This document shows positions 1 through 8,581 of a stretch of DNA of 20,000 nucleotides, piece by piece. The stretch lies in the IMG/VR virus record IMGVR_UViG_3300023174_009220; one strand, written 5' to 3'. Below the pieces are notes generated by a model. That model was not told where the DNA came from. It made no database searches and worked only from the letters and a program-made list of their open reading frames with translations. This stretch comes from an uncultured virus (IMG/VR IMGVR_UViG_3300023174_009220). Taxonomy: Duplodnaviria; Heunggongvirae; Uroviricota; Caudoviricetes. The stretch's first letter is position 1. The number at the start of each line of letters is the position of its first letter. The position numbers and the translations under genes were made by a program.

Positions 1-2
1 CC

Positions 3-863
3 TATGCTAAACAGCAGGGTGGTGAAGTAGATGGGGTTAAAGTAGAGGGAAACATTCAAAGATATAAATCACTTGGTCCAGATGCTTATTACTTAATTAC
101 AAGTATCGATCAGAAATATAAGTATTACAAGTTTGTTGATGGTAAATTAGCTAAAAGAAAAGGTGACCGATACATTGTAAAAGAAAGTGTTGATAACAAA
201 TCTGAAGTTTCAAATATCGTAGATTGCATGTTAGATCTGATAGAAGATGGATATAACATAATGTTCAAATCACCTATTGGTAATATGACTTATCAACAAT
301 ACTTAGAAGGTGGTGGTGATTTTCATCCTGTATTCAAACCAAATGAGGCTTTACTTAGAAGTCAATTTACAATTAGAATTGGATCATCAGCTGAAAAGTT
401 TAAAACATATGATGATTTTGTCAAAATTATTGATGAGATGCAAGTGGTAATTTCTAGACTTTCGGATTATGATTGGATTCTTTCACATTTTGAAGTAGAT
501 AGCTACGAAGGGTCATATCAAAATTCTAATGAACCTAAACCGATGTTTAGAGCAGTTGAATATAAATTTGTTAGAAAAGACCAGAAAATAGAAGGAGATA
601 GAAAATTTGACTTAAAAAGTTTCAAAACGGATTTTGAAAATAAAACCGGTATGAATATAGACGGTTATCGAATGCTTACTCGACCTCACACCCCAAGGGG
701 TATGAGACGCGATGATGGAATCTCCATTGAGTTTTCAAGTAATTATTATGATGGGGAATTTCCTTCTGACTTAGATGATAGATTTAGTAAAATATGTGAT
801 AGATGGGGATTTGAAGAGTATGATTTTTCGGTGCCTGGAAAAGTTAGTTTTTTCTGGGAATAA
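3..863 (+). CDS. Hypothetical protein, 5'-truncated by the window edge
   Basis: The frame of ORF 228..863 is open without stops back to position 3 (YAKQQGGEVDGVKVEGNIQRYKSLGPDAYY...KESVDNKSEVSNIVDC-MLDL), so the true start is probably upstream of the window. No family recognised. Confidence 0.75.
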   Translation, partial: YAKQQGGEVDGVKVEGNIQRYKSLGPDAYYLITSIDQKYKYYKFVDGKLAKRKGDRYIVKESVDNKSEVSNIVDCMLDLIEDGYNIMFKSPIGNMTYQQYLEGGGDFHPVFKPNEALLRSQFTIRIGSSAEKFKTYDDFVKIIDEMQVVISRLSDYDWILSHFEVDSYEGSYQNSNEPKPMFRAVEYKFVRKDQKIEGDRKFDLKSFKTDFENKTGMNIDGYRMLTRPHTPRGMRRDDGISIEFSSNYYDGEFPSDLDDRFSKICDRWGFEEYDFSVPGKVSFFWE

Positions 864-865
864 AC

Positions 866-1081
866 TTAATCTAATAGTTTATCGATTTTATCATTTCTGA
901 TTTGGGAAACAGACATAAAATCAGAACGATAACATTGAATAGTTCTCCATCCAACAGAATTAGAAGGATCAATAATTTTAACCCAGACAAACTTAGGACC
1001 ACTTTCATGTCTGAAGATCTCATAAGTTTTACCTATTTCAAGTTCATCGTTCTGAGATGTATTGCTTACACAAATCGACAT
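866..1081 (-). CDS. Small hypothetical protein with C-terminal RNDKIDKLLD tail
   Basis: 71-aa ORF packed between its neighbours; the tail resembles that of ORF 2201..2422. Confidence 0.7.
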   Translation of the reverse strand: MSICVSNTSQNDELEIGKTYEIFRHESGPKFVWVKIIDPSNSVGWRTIQCYRSDFMSVSQIRNDKIDKLLD

Positions 1082-1103
1082 AATATAAAATAATATAAAA
1101 AGT

Positions 1104-1769
1104 TTATTTAACCTTCATCTTATAAGCCTTTTCTACTTTTGCTCCTCTTAAGTCATATTTAGATAAATCGACTTCTGTTATAGCACCTAAAGTTTTAATT
1201 TTGCCTAATTTATTTTCAATTGGTTTTGTTGAACAGAAAGCAATAGTTCCACCAACTTCCGATACCTTAGACTCCATTCTAGATGCCGTGTTTACTGCGT
1301 TTCCAAAAAAATCTTTTAAGTCGACTTTTTGTATACGGTATGTTTTTTGATCCATATGACCTTGGCAAACCCCGACTCTTAAATTGTAAGCGTTTTCACC
1401 TAAAATAACTTGTTTTGCGAAATTTACGGCATTAAATAAAGAATCTTCTGATGATTCAAAAAAAACCATAAAAGCATCTCCGATTGTTTTCACAATCCAA
1501 CCTTTGTTTTTTTCAGCAATTGATTCTACTAATTTATGATGACCTTCAAGTTGCTTAGCCATAGTTATGGGGTCATCTGACCACATTTTTGATGAACCAA
1601 CAACATCACTAAAGACCATTGCAGGCATTGGTCCAGATTTTTCTTTAACTTCTTGGCTATCTACGGACTCTTTTTGAGCTTGAGTTAAAAGTCTTTCTGA
1701 TCTTTTTGACCCTTCTTTAGACGATTCGTCAGCTTCGTTTATTTGATTCCAATTATTTAAGTATTTCAT
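1104..1769 (-). CDS. Class III adenylate/guanylate cyclase domain protein (adenylyl-type specificity residues)
   Basis: Motifs FSDVVGS (metal Asp), VKTIGDAFM (Lys + second Asp), LRVGV and DFFGNAVNTASRME (Asp, Asn, Arg). About 50 aa of low-complexity N-terminal extension; no sensor or TM domain. Confidence 0.92.
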   Translation of the reverse strand: MKYLNNWNQINEADESSKEGSKRSERLLTQAQKESVDSQEVKEKSGPMPAMVFSDVVGSSKMWSDDPITMAKQLEGHHKLVESIAEKNKGWIVKTIGDAFMVFFESSEDSLFNAVNFAKQVILGENAYNLRVGVCQGHMDQKTYRIQKVDLKDFFGNAVNTASRMESKVSEVGGTIAFCSTKPIENKLGKIKTLGAITEVDLSKYDLRGAKVEKAYKMKVK

Positions 1770-1785
1770 ATACTATATATTTAAT

Positions 1786-2130
1786 CTATAAATATAAAAA
1801 GCTTTGATATTTATCTTCATTTCTTAAATCCACTTTAATAGTCGTTTCTTTAAGTGGTGTGGTGAATGTAACCGTAACCGTTGTCAAATCAGAGGATTCA
1901 ACCCCTTCTAAAAGTTCCTCCAAGACAATTTCTCTTTGTTTATCCCTTGGCATTTGAATACCGGTATCGATTAACAAATTGATTTGCCAAGGTAGTCTTT
2001 TTTTAGTAAAAGAATAAACAGATTGTTTGTAAACCTCTGGTTGCCTAATCAATCTTTTATAGGTGAAAAGCGAAAATATTATAACTCTTACAATATAATT
2101 GTGATAGACTTCATTGATATCTAACTTCAT
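1786..2130 (-). CDS. Hypothetical protein
   Basis: 114-aa ORF preceded by TAATATATA; no family recognised. Confidence 0.7.
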   Translation of the reverse strand: MKLDINEVYHNYIVRVIIFSLFTYKRLIRQPEVYKQSVYSFTKKRLPWQINLLIDTGIQMPRDKQREIVLEELLEGVESSDLTTVTVTFTTPLKETTIKVDLRNEDKYQSFLYL

Positions 2131-2200
2131 AGTTAATATATATTAAACTATGATTAAGAGGTGGTCTAAATTTAATGAATCCAAACCCTAAAGATTTATT

Positions 2201-2422
2201 TTAACCCAATAGTTGATTAATTTTATCTTCTCTTTCTTCTGTTTTTAGAAATCTTTTCCATTCAGTTAGTGTTACAATCTCGTGTTCATAAAAATTAGAC
2301 TCCTTATATGAGTTTTCTACAAACCAAAGACATCTATAAACTCTATCTGAAATTCTTTCATAGACCGTCATTTTATTACCACCCGTCGTTTTGATAACAA
2401 TATCTCCAGGTTTATATTTCAT
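2201..2422 (-). CDS. DUF2158/YodC-like small protein
   Basis: YKPGDIV..TGGNKMTV....YRCLWF matches the YodC pattern (F.xGDxV.LKSGGPxMTV...CxWF), plus an added REDKINQLLG tail. Confidence 0.7.
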   Translation of the reverse strand: MKYKPGDIVIKTTGGNKMTVYERISDRVYRCLWFVENSYKESNFYEHEIVTLTEWKRFLKTEEREDKINQLLG

Positions 2423-2464
2423 AAATTATTTATAAAATATTGCCGCTTCCCTTCAAGTGTGTAG

Positions 2465-3367
2465 TTAAATAGAAAAGTCGAAGTCGTCTCCTTCTATAAT
2501 AACTGGCTTTTGTTCTTGTTGATGGGGTTTTCCATAATTCATAATTAGGAGTTCGGTGCCTTTTGTTTGAGATTTACCAGAGACCGCCATAGCTGTTTTA
2601 GCAAACTCTTTGTTTTGCCAACTAAATTCGTTTTTTGGAAACCACTGGTCTAGTTTATCAAAGTAATAATAACTCAGTCCAAATTTACCTTTGATTGACC
2701 TAAGTGATTGGGCCAGTCTTTTGTGAGTATCAAGTGTGAAATCGTGATTTGTGTAGTAGTTTTCGGTTAAAAAATATGGCGGATCACAATAGAAGTAAGT
2801 TTTTTTAGAATCGTATTTTTTTATAACCTCTTCAAAATCTAAATTCTCGATGTTTGTAATTTTATCAAAATATTTTTGCCATTTAACATCAATCAACTTA
2901 GTTCTAAATATTTCAAATTTAGATTTATAGAGTCCGTTTTTTGCAACATATCCACCGTTTTTTATAAGATTGCCCTTTTTTGGATCAGTCCCAGACCAGA
3001 CTTGACTAAGCACATAAGCATACTTATAAGCAATCTCAAAATCAGCCACCTTAGTATCTAATTTAAGGTCTGGATTGAAAATTTCAGATTTGAATTCTGC
3101 AAAAATTTTATCATCTTCAATAGGTAGATCTTTAGATAAATCCCATAATTTAACGCTTTCTTTTAGGCAGTTAAATAAATTGACATTTAGAGGATTTACT
3201 TCGTTATAGACAACTTTTTCTAAATTTTTATATCGCGATAACTCTAACTTGAAGAAAACCCAAAACATTCCTGAAAAAGGTTCTACATAAATTTTAGTGT
3301 CATTTGGAATATAATTTCTAATCCAATAACCAATTTTACTCTTTCCACCGATATATGATAATGCCAT
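2465..3367 (-). CDS. DNA adenine methyltransferase (Dam/D12 class)
   Basis: YIGGKS, YVEPFSG (SAM binding), YNE, YCDPPY (catalytic) and TELLIMNY. Start moved to the ATG at 3367 (MALSYIGGK), which removes the overlap with the upstream gene. Confidence 0.92.
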   Translation of the reverse strand: MALSYIGGKSKIGYWIRNYIPNDTKIYVEPFSGMFWVFFKLELSRYKNLEKVVYNEVNPLNVNLFNCLKESVKLWDLSKDLPIEDDKIFAEFKSEIFNPDLKLDTKVADFEIAYKYAYVLSQVWSGTDPKKGNLIKNGGYVAKNGLYKSKFEIFRTKLIDVKWQKYFDKITNIENLDFEEVIKKYDSKKTYFYCDPPYFLTENYYTNHDFTLDTHKRLAQSLRSIKGKFGLSYYYFDKLDQWFPKNEFSWQNKEFAKTAMAVSGKSQTKGTELLIMNYGKPHQQEQKPVIIEGDDFDFSI

Positions 3368-3383
3368 AAACTCTATTATTTTT

Positions 3384-4031
3384 TTATTTTTTCTTTTTCT
3401 TTTTAACCTCTTTTTTTGGCGTTTCCAACATTTGAATCCTATCTCTGAGTTCGGCAGCAATTTCATATTCTTCATTTTCAATTGCGTTATCAATTAGAAT
3501 TTGAAGTTCTTCAACCGATACAACTCTTTTATCATCATCATCATCACCGTCTATGAACTGGTCAAACTCATCTTCGTCTTCAAGTTCGACTCTTGGTGTT
3601 GCATGAGACTGAGTGCCATCATCATTTAGGATAACCCCGTATTGATTTAATATTTGAACATCACAGTAGATTGGGCATTTAAATATACAAGCAAGAGCAA
3701 TGGCGTCTCCAATCGTAGCATCTAAGGTAACGGATTCTAAACCATTTGATACAATAATCTGCGTATAAAAAACCCCTTCTAAGACGTTATAGATAAAAAC
3801 TTCTTGACAATCCATGCCAAATGAATCACAGATGGTTTTAATTAAATCGTAAGATGATGGTCTATTTGAAGAAATTCCTTCTAATTCCATCGCTATTTTT
3901 TGGGCTTCATTTGTTTTTATAATGATTGGAATCTTTCTATCGCCTTTTCTTTCAGAGACTACGCATATATAAGATCCAACTTGGGTTTGGTGATAGGAAA
4001 GTCCCAATATTTTTAACTCTTTTCTTTTCAT
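3384..4031 (-). CDS. Bifunctional nuclease family (DUF151/BFN) protein with C-terminal UVR domain
   Basis: RKIPIII..EAQKIA..LEG....RPSSYDL, GVFYTQI, LDATIGDAIALA...CPIY; C-terminal AIENEEYEIAAELRDRI (UVR). The architecture is typical of Bacteroidota homologues. Confidence 0.9.
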   Translation of the reverse strand: MKRKELKILGLSYHQTQVGSYICVVSERKGDRKIPIIIKTNEAQKIAMELEGISSNRPSSYDLIKTICDSFGMDCQEVFIYNVLEGVFYTQIIVSNGLESVTLDATIGDAIALACIFKCPIYCDVQILNQYGVILNDDGTQSHATPRVELEDEDEFDQFIDGDDDDDKRVVSVEELQILIDNAIENEEYEIAAELRDRIQMLETPKKEVKKKKKK

Positions 4032-4081
4032 TTTTTTATCATAGAATTATACAAATTTATATGGGCAAAGAGACATTTTGT

Positions 4082-4729
4082 TTACTCATCTAATAATAAA
4101 TCAGCCGCTGATGAACTGGCCGGACTGAGTGGTTTTGCCCAAGTTCTAAATCCTAAGCCTCTAAGCCACGGCACGAAACTTTTATAGGCTGAATATGATT
4201 TGTTTTTTGTAAAACCGTTATCTCCAGTTCCACCTTCAAATGGATTAAAGTCGACGTGTATATCTACTTTTCTAAAATCGACTAAGTCGCTTTCTGATAA
4301 AAAAAGTGAATTGGTAACTACTTCATCTTGATGCAGTGGTACATGCGAATATTTACCTTCACATTTCAACAGGTGGTATTTATACTTTTTTCTTTCTAAT
4401 GTGGTTAGATCAAGCCGGGTATAGGATTGTAATTCGGAATCTAAATAAATTCCTAAGTCATGTAGATATTGTGCTTCTTTGAATAACCTCTCATTGTTAT
4501 CTTTTATTTTGTCAGAACTTTCTCTAAAAAAAACTACGTGTGCTCCCTTTCTTAAATCACCATTATGAAACATAATTGTGATAGCATACATTGTTTTTTT
4601 ATGTTTTTGCTCTGAATCGCAACCAATTGATATGGTGACATCAGGTTCTTTTTTGATGAATTCATTTATATATTCAATGATGTTTGGAATATGATCTCCA
4701 CCAAATTTTTTGAAGCGGTCTAAAAACAT
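4082..4729 (-). CDS. RNase H-like YkuK (DUF458) family protein
   Basis: IGCDSEQ, RLFKEA, DIHVDFN and AKPLSPASSSAAD motifs. Confidence 0.8.
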   Translation of the reverse strand: MFLDRFKKFGGDHIPNIIEYINEFIKKEPDVTISIGCDSEQKHKKTMYAITIMFHNGDLRKGAHVVFFRESSDKIKDNNERLFKEAQYLHDLGIYLDSELQSYTRLDLTTLERKKYKYHLLKCEGKYSHVPLHQDEVVTNSLFLSESDLVDFRKVDIHVDFNPFEGGTGDNGFTKNKSYSAYKSFVPWLRGLGFRTWAKPLSPASSSAADLLLDE

Positions 4730-4941
4730 TACATGATTTTGTTAATTTTTATGTATGATTGTTTGACAATATCTGGCGGAAAAACTACAAAAGTTCCATC
4801 TTCTAAGGTCAATTCAAAACCGCCTTCAAGATAAAAGTTTTTTACTAGATTAATTAAGCCGTCATACTGATCTGTGGATATAGTCACTTGTTTTCCCCTG
4901 AATTCTCCAAAATGGTTAGTTAATACTATTTGAATTTCCAT
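4729..4941 (-). CDS. Small hypothetical protein
   Basis: 70-aa ORF whose stop overlaps the YkuK-like start (TAATG coupling); preceded by TTATATATA. Confidence 0.75.
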   Translation of the reverse strand: MEIQIVLTNHFGEFRGKQVTISTDQYDGLINLVKNFYLEGGFELTLEDGTFVVFPPDIVKQSYIKINKIM

Positions 4942-4980
4942 AACTACATGGTATATATAAATTTAATAATCAATAAAATC

Positions 4981-5010
4981 AAAAAAAAAGAGGGATGTAC
5001 TCCCTCTTTT
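4981..5010 (-). terminator. Rho-independent terminator after the AAA ATPase gene
   Basis: Minus strand AAAAGAGGGA-GTACA-TCCCTC followed by T9, immediately after the stop codon. Confidence 0.85.
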
Positions 5011-5013
5011 CTA

Positions 5014-6138
5014 TTACTTACTACCGGGTTTGTTGATTTTTTTGATAGTTCTAAGTAGGTCTTCAAATTGAAGTAAGAACCTTTTCAACTTTGGATTTGT
5101 AACATCACTCACATTATCAAGAATGAAAAGTAAGTAAGCTGTTTTCTCATCATCACCAACTCCTTTAAGAAAGCCAACACAATTTTGTAGCTGATTATCT
5201 GTTAACTTTGTGATATCAATTTCTTTAAGTGATTGAATTAACTCTGAATTTTTATCACGGTTATATTTCTCTAAATCTTTCTTAACTCGATCAAAGTCGT
5301 TAAGAACATCCTGGATTGAAATATTTAACATATCCTCGCAATATTGGATAAACTTCATAGCCGAATTTCCAACATATCCATTTGCGACTTCTTTAAGAAG
5401 CGGAAGGAAGTCTTTGGGTGAGGCATCCTGTCCCCAGTTTTCTGTAATGAACTTTGATAACATAGTCCAAGAACGCGGTGTAGCATAGGCGTCGGTATTA
5501 TCAGAGGCCTTGTACATTTGCTCGGGGTGTGCTTTAATAAAACCAGTGATAAGTTTATGACAGGCCTCTTCAGCAAAATCACCCATCCATTCATCGACCG
5601 AAAGTGTGTGTTTAATGTGAATTAATCGGTTTTTTAGAGCCGAGTCGAACTCTTCGACATCTGTTCCATCTTCATCGCCTAAGTTACCAGAAGCCATCAT
5701 AAGCACATTTTCGTTGAATTTGAACTCGCCGATTTCTCGCTCAAGCAGGATTTGTAGAGCCGCGTTTCTTACAAATTGTGGTGCCCGGTTTAACTCTTCG
5801 AAGTGAATAATAGTTGGTTTATTATTGGCATCAAAAGCCCACTTTGGAACCGCGTATCCAGAAACTTTGATTGTGGAACCCCCGTAGGTTTGGTCTTCAA
5901 GATAGGGAAATTTGAAATCAGATTCATCAGACATAGCCAATCGCATATCTATATAATTGAATCCCATTTTCTCAGCAATATCTCGACCAATTGCTGATTT
6001 AGCAACACCCGGTTTAGAGGTGATAAAAAGTACACCATACTTTGCCCACATAATAGCAAAATATTTCTTTTGTTTAGCAGTTAACAAATCTAACTTAGCT
6101 AACATTTCAGAGGACATGTTTTTTGGTTTCATTGACAT
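5014..6138 (-). CDS. MoxR-like / AAA_5 family ATPase
   Basis: Walker A variant SKPGVAKS, YIDMRLA, Walker B variant IIHFEELNRA, ASGN (sensor 1), DSALKNRL (Arg finger), ATPRSW (sensor 2). Confidence 0.88.
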   Translation of the reverse strand: MSMKPKNMSSEMLAKLDLLTAKQKKYFAIMWAKYGVLFITSKPGVAKSAIGRDIAEKMGFNYIDMRLAMSDESDFKFPYLEDQTYGGSTIKVSGYAVPKWAFDANNKPTIIHFEELNRAPQFVRNAALQILLEREIGEFKFNENVLMMASGNLGDEDGTDVEEFDSALKNRLIHIKHTLSVDEWMGDFAEEACHKLITGFIKAHPEQMYKASDNTDAYATPRSWTMLSKFITENWGQDASPKDFLPLLKEVANGYVGNSAMKFIQYCEDMLNISIQDVLNDFDRVKKDLEKYNRDKNSELIQSLKEIDITKLTDNQLQNCVGFLKGVGDDEKTAYLLFILDNVSDVTNPKLKRFLLQFEDLLRTIKKINKPGSK

Positions 6139-6156
6139 ATTATATTTTATTTAAGA

Positions 6157-6187
6157 CAAAGATAAGAATAAAAATTTGTTAAACAAA
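6157..6187 (-). promoter_or_regulatory. Bacteroidota-type primary sigma promoter upstream of the AAA ATPase
   Basis: TTTG (6187-6184), 19 nt, TATCTTTG (6164-6157); matches the -33 TTTG / -7 TAnnTTTG consensus. Confidence 0.7.
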
Positions 6188-6394
6188 TTATTTTTGAGGA
6201 TTTATCAAATTTTTTCTGACTTCTTTTCCTAAAACACCATCGTTGGGCAGGTTAATAACTATTGTATCTTTTGGGAAAGATTTTCGAATTTGTCGACCAA
6301 ACTCATAGTCGTTAGGAAATGATTTAGAAATTTGCTTTAACAATTCGATATTATCAGAAGAAAAAAGGGTTTTATCCATGTGGCTATTTTGCAT
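6188..6394 (-). CDS. Small hypothetical protein
   Basis: Part of ORF 6188..6436. Start moved to ATG 6394 (or 6379) because a consensus promoter lies at 6414-6444. Internal PND..(F/L)G+..RK duplication. Confidence 0.65.
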   Translation of the reverse strand: MQNSHMDKTLFSSDNIELLKQISKSFPNDYEFGRQIRKSFPKDTIVINLPNDGVLGKEVRKNLINPQK

Positions 6395-6413
6395 AACAAG
6401 TATAATTTTTTTA

Positions 6414-6444
6414 CAAATATAAAAATCAAAGTCCAATAATCAAA
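6414..6444 (-). promoter_or_regulatory. Bacteroidota-type promoter
   Basis: TTTG (6444-6441), 19 nt, TATATTTG (6421-6414). Confidence 0.65.
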
Positions 6445-6451
6445 GTTTTTT

Positions 6452-7189
6452 TCACCAGTAATTTCTATCACTGTGAAAAAAAGATTTATTTTTATGGTTA
6501 ATCAAACCAGTTAAAAATAATTTAGCCATATAGAAAATACCCTTATTTTCAAATCTTCTTGGCGGCGTAAACACCACTTTATTTATTCTTTTAAACTTAG
6601 ATGTTTTAATTTGTTTTGAAAAATGGTAATCTTCGGCGACTTTAACCCGTTCGTCAAAACCACCTAACTTTTCAAAAGTCTCTGTTTTAACCATCATAAA
6701 TCCGCCTAAACAAAACGGAGTAGTCCACTTAGACAATGTTTGTATCAAGTCAAATATCCTCCAAACCCAGTTAAATTTGAAATCGCTACTTCTAAATCTC
6801 ACCGTGACCAGGTCTAAATTTTTTGAGTGTATCTCTGTGATTGCCACTTTGATAACCTCGGGATCTAAAATAAAAACATCAGCGTCACAAAAAAGTAAAT
6901 ATGGGGTTTTTATTAATTGATTATTTTTAGAACTAATAAGATGAAATCCGAGATTTCTGGCAGTAGACGGTAAACCACCGTGTGATAAATTTAAATTAAA
7001 TCTATCGTGGTCATAACCTAATCTATCACATAAATCACCGTGAGTTATGCCGTCATCTGACGAGTCGCAAACAATTACCTGTACTCGATTAATTTCAGTT
7101 TGATAGTTTAAGAGATCAAGAGTTTTTTGAATAATCTCTTTTTCATTTTTACAAGGTATAATAATTGTCAGTAACTTATTTAGCTCCAT
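6452..7189 (-). CDS. Glycosyltransferase family 2
   Basis: TIIIPCKNE, IVCDSSDD, ARNLG, LFCDAD (DxD) and GGFDE....EDY motifs. Confidence 0.92.
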   Translation of the reverse strand: MELNKLLTIIIPCKNEKEIIQKTLDLLNYQTEINRVQVIVCDSSDDGITHGDLCDRLGYDHDRFNLNLSHGGLPSTARNLGFHLISSKNNQLIKTPYLLFCDADVFILDPEVIKVAITEIHSKNLDLVTVRFRSSDFKFNWVWRIFDLIQTLSKWTTPFCLGGFMMVKTETFEKLGGFDERVKVAEDYHFSKQIKTSKFKRINKVVFTPPRRFENKGIFYMAKLFLTGLINHKNKSFFHSDRNYW

Positions 7190-7281
7190 ACACTTATTTT
7201 TATTTAGTTTTTATGATTTAGTTTATGATATTTAAATCTTACTAAGAACAATGTAATATATATTATAAATATAATACTATT

Positions 7282-7530
7282 ATGAAAACCTTAATTTTTT
7301 CAATTTTTATAGTGCTTCTTCTAACTTGCTGTGGTGCTAAAAAGAAAGCAAACTGTGATGCTTATTCACAAAACGGCTTAAATCATATCGTGGTCGATAC
7401 TTTAACCAAACAGGCAGAGTTTTGGACAGATGAACAAAAAAAGGAATTTTCTGAAGTCTTCTTTATCGAAAGAGGTAAATTTAAGGTTCCAGAAAAACCA
7501 ATTCAACTCAAAAATTTTGATAGCAACTAG
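7282..7530 (+). CDS. Small putative lipoprotein
   Basis: MK + hydrophobic stretch + LLTCCG lipobox-like site. Confidence 0.65.
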   Translation: MKTLIFSIFIVLLLTCCGAKKKANCDAYSQNGLNHIVVDTLTKQAEFWTDEQKKEFSEVFFIERGKFKVPEKPIQLKNFDSN

Positions 7531-7958
7531 TGTATAAGAGAATATATTTTTTATTTTTTTATTTAATTTTTGCTCAATTTTCTTTTTCTCAAAAGTTAAT
7601 AATTGAGATTTTCGAAAGACAGGAATTGACCAGTTTTAGAAATACAACTATTGATTCTGTTATTATAAATCCTGATTTTGTAGATGAACTCGAAGTCACA
7701 AAAACAACTTATGTCATTGATTTTAATGAAAAGACATCTTCTTACTTTGTCGGCGAAGAGTTTCTAAGTGTTTTACCAATTGAAGTGGTTAAAACAACTG
7801 GTAGTTATACTGTAATAAAAATATTAGAAGAAGGATTTGATTATGGTCTAATTATAGACCTTACTTATGAAAACGAAAGTGTTTTATGGTATTGGAATGC
7901 TATTAACATGACGAGTGTTAAAAAAATAACAAAGTTCAATATTGTTAAATCTTCTTAA
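7530..7958 (+). CDS. Putative secreted protein
   Basis: GTG start overlapping the previous stop; signal peptide ending FSFS-Q (Gln at +1, common in Bacteroidota). Confidence 0.7.
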   Translation: MYKRIYFLFFYLIFAQFSFSQKLIIEIFERQELTSFRNTTIDSVIINPDFVDELEVTKTTYVIDFNEKTSSYFVGEEFLSVLPIEVVKTTGSYTVIKILEEGFDYGLIIDLTYENESVLWYWNAINMTSVKKITKFNIVKSS

Positions 7959-7965
7959 TCGAGAA

Positions 7966-8574
7966 TCAATAAACAAAATCAACAAAAAAATAAAAAATTC
8001 CATTGTCATAAAGAACACAAGTTGCCGCAATTGTGTTTGATTTATATCCTTTATCTAAAAAGTAAGTGTTATGTAATAAAGATCTTTGTGTACATCGGTG
8101 CATATATGATTTTTCCCAACACATAATCATGTGATCTGCCAATTGTTCATATGTATCCATTTTATATGTCGTATACCCACAATTTTCAGTTAGAGTTAAT
8201 TTAAATCCTTTGTTATTTGTTGGGTAAACTTCATCTAAAAATAAAAATTGATTATTTTTATCAATCCACCAGAGACTTCTATCAACATGAAATAGTTTTT
8301 TTTGTTTTACATTTTCAAGGGCATTTGGTAAAACAACAGTATCATACAAAAGTTCTGACCAACTTAGTTTCAACAACCAGTGATTACTTTTCAAAATAGG
8401 CCAAACCTCTTCGATGTCTTTACCGTAACCTGTTTTAGTTATAGTATCTCTAAAATCATTTAACTTATCAAATAATACTTTTGAGGCGTGTTTAGAATCA
8501 AAATTGTTGTAGTCGATTTTTTGAGAATAAACAATCTGGTTAATTAATATAAGTATCAGTAAGATATTTTTCAC
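7966..8574 (-). CDS. Secreted CAP/SCP-like domain protein
   Basis: LNDFR, LSWSELL, FH, ENCG and WEKSYMH resemble the CAP N..R / H / EN / W..SxGH motifs. Signal peptide ends VYS-Q; probable GTG start at 8574 (ORF track start 8601). Confidence 0.6.
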   Translation of the reverse strand: MKNILLILILINQIVYSQKIDYNNFDSKHASKVLFDKLNDFRDTITKTGYGKDIEEVWPILKSNHWLLKLSWSELLYDTVVLPNALENVKQKKLFHVDRSLWWIDKNNQFLFLDEVYPTNNKGFKLTLTENCGYTTYKMDTYEQLADHMIMCWEKSYMHRCTQRSLLHNTYFLDKGYKSNTIAATCVLYDNGIFYFFVDFVY

Positions 8575-8581
8575 ACTAATC

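Noticed and set aside
1104..2422. Pycsar or CBASS defence operon
   Set aside because: No TIR, cNMP-binding or transmembrane effector next to the cyclase, and its specificity residues are adenylyl-type.
3368..3493. N-terminal 42-aa extension of the methyltransferase in the ORF track
   Set aside because: It overlaps the BFN gene in another frame; family motifs begin at MALSYIGGK (3367).
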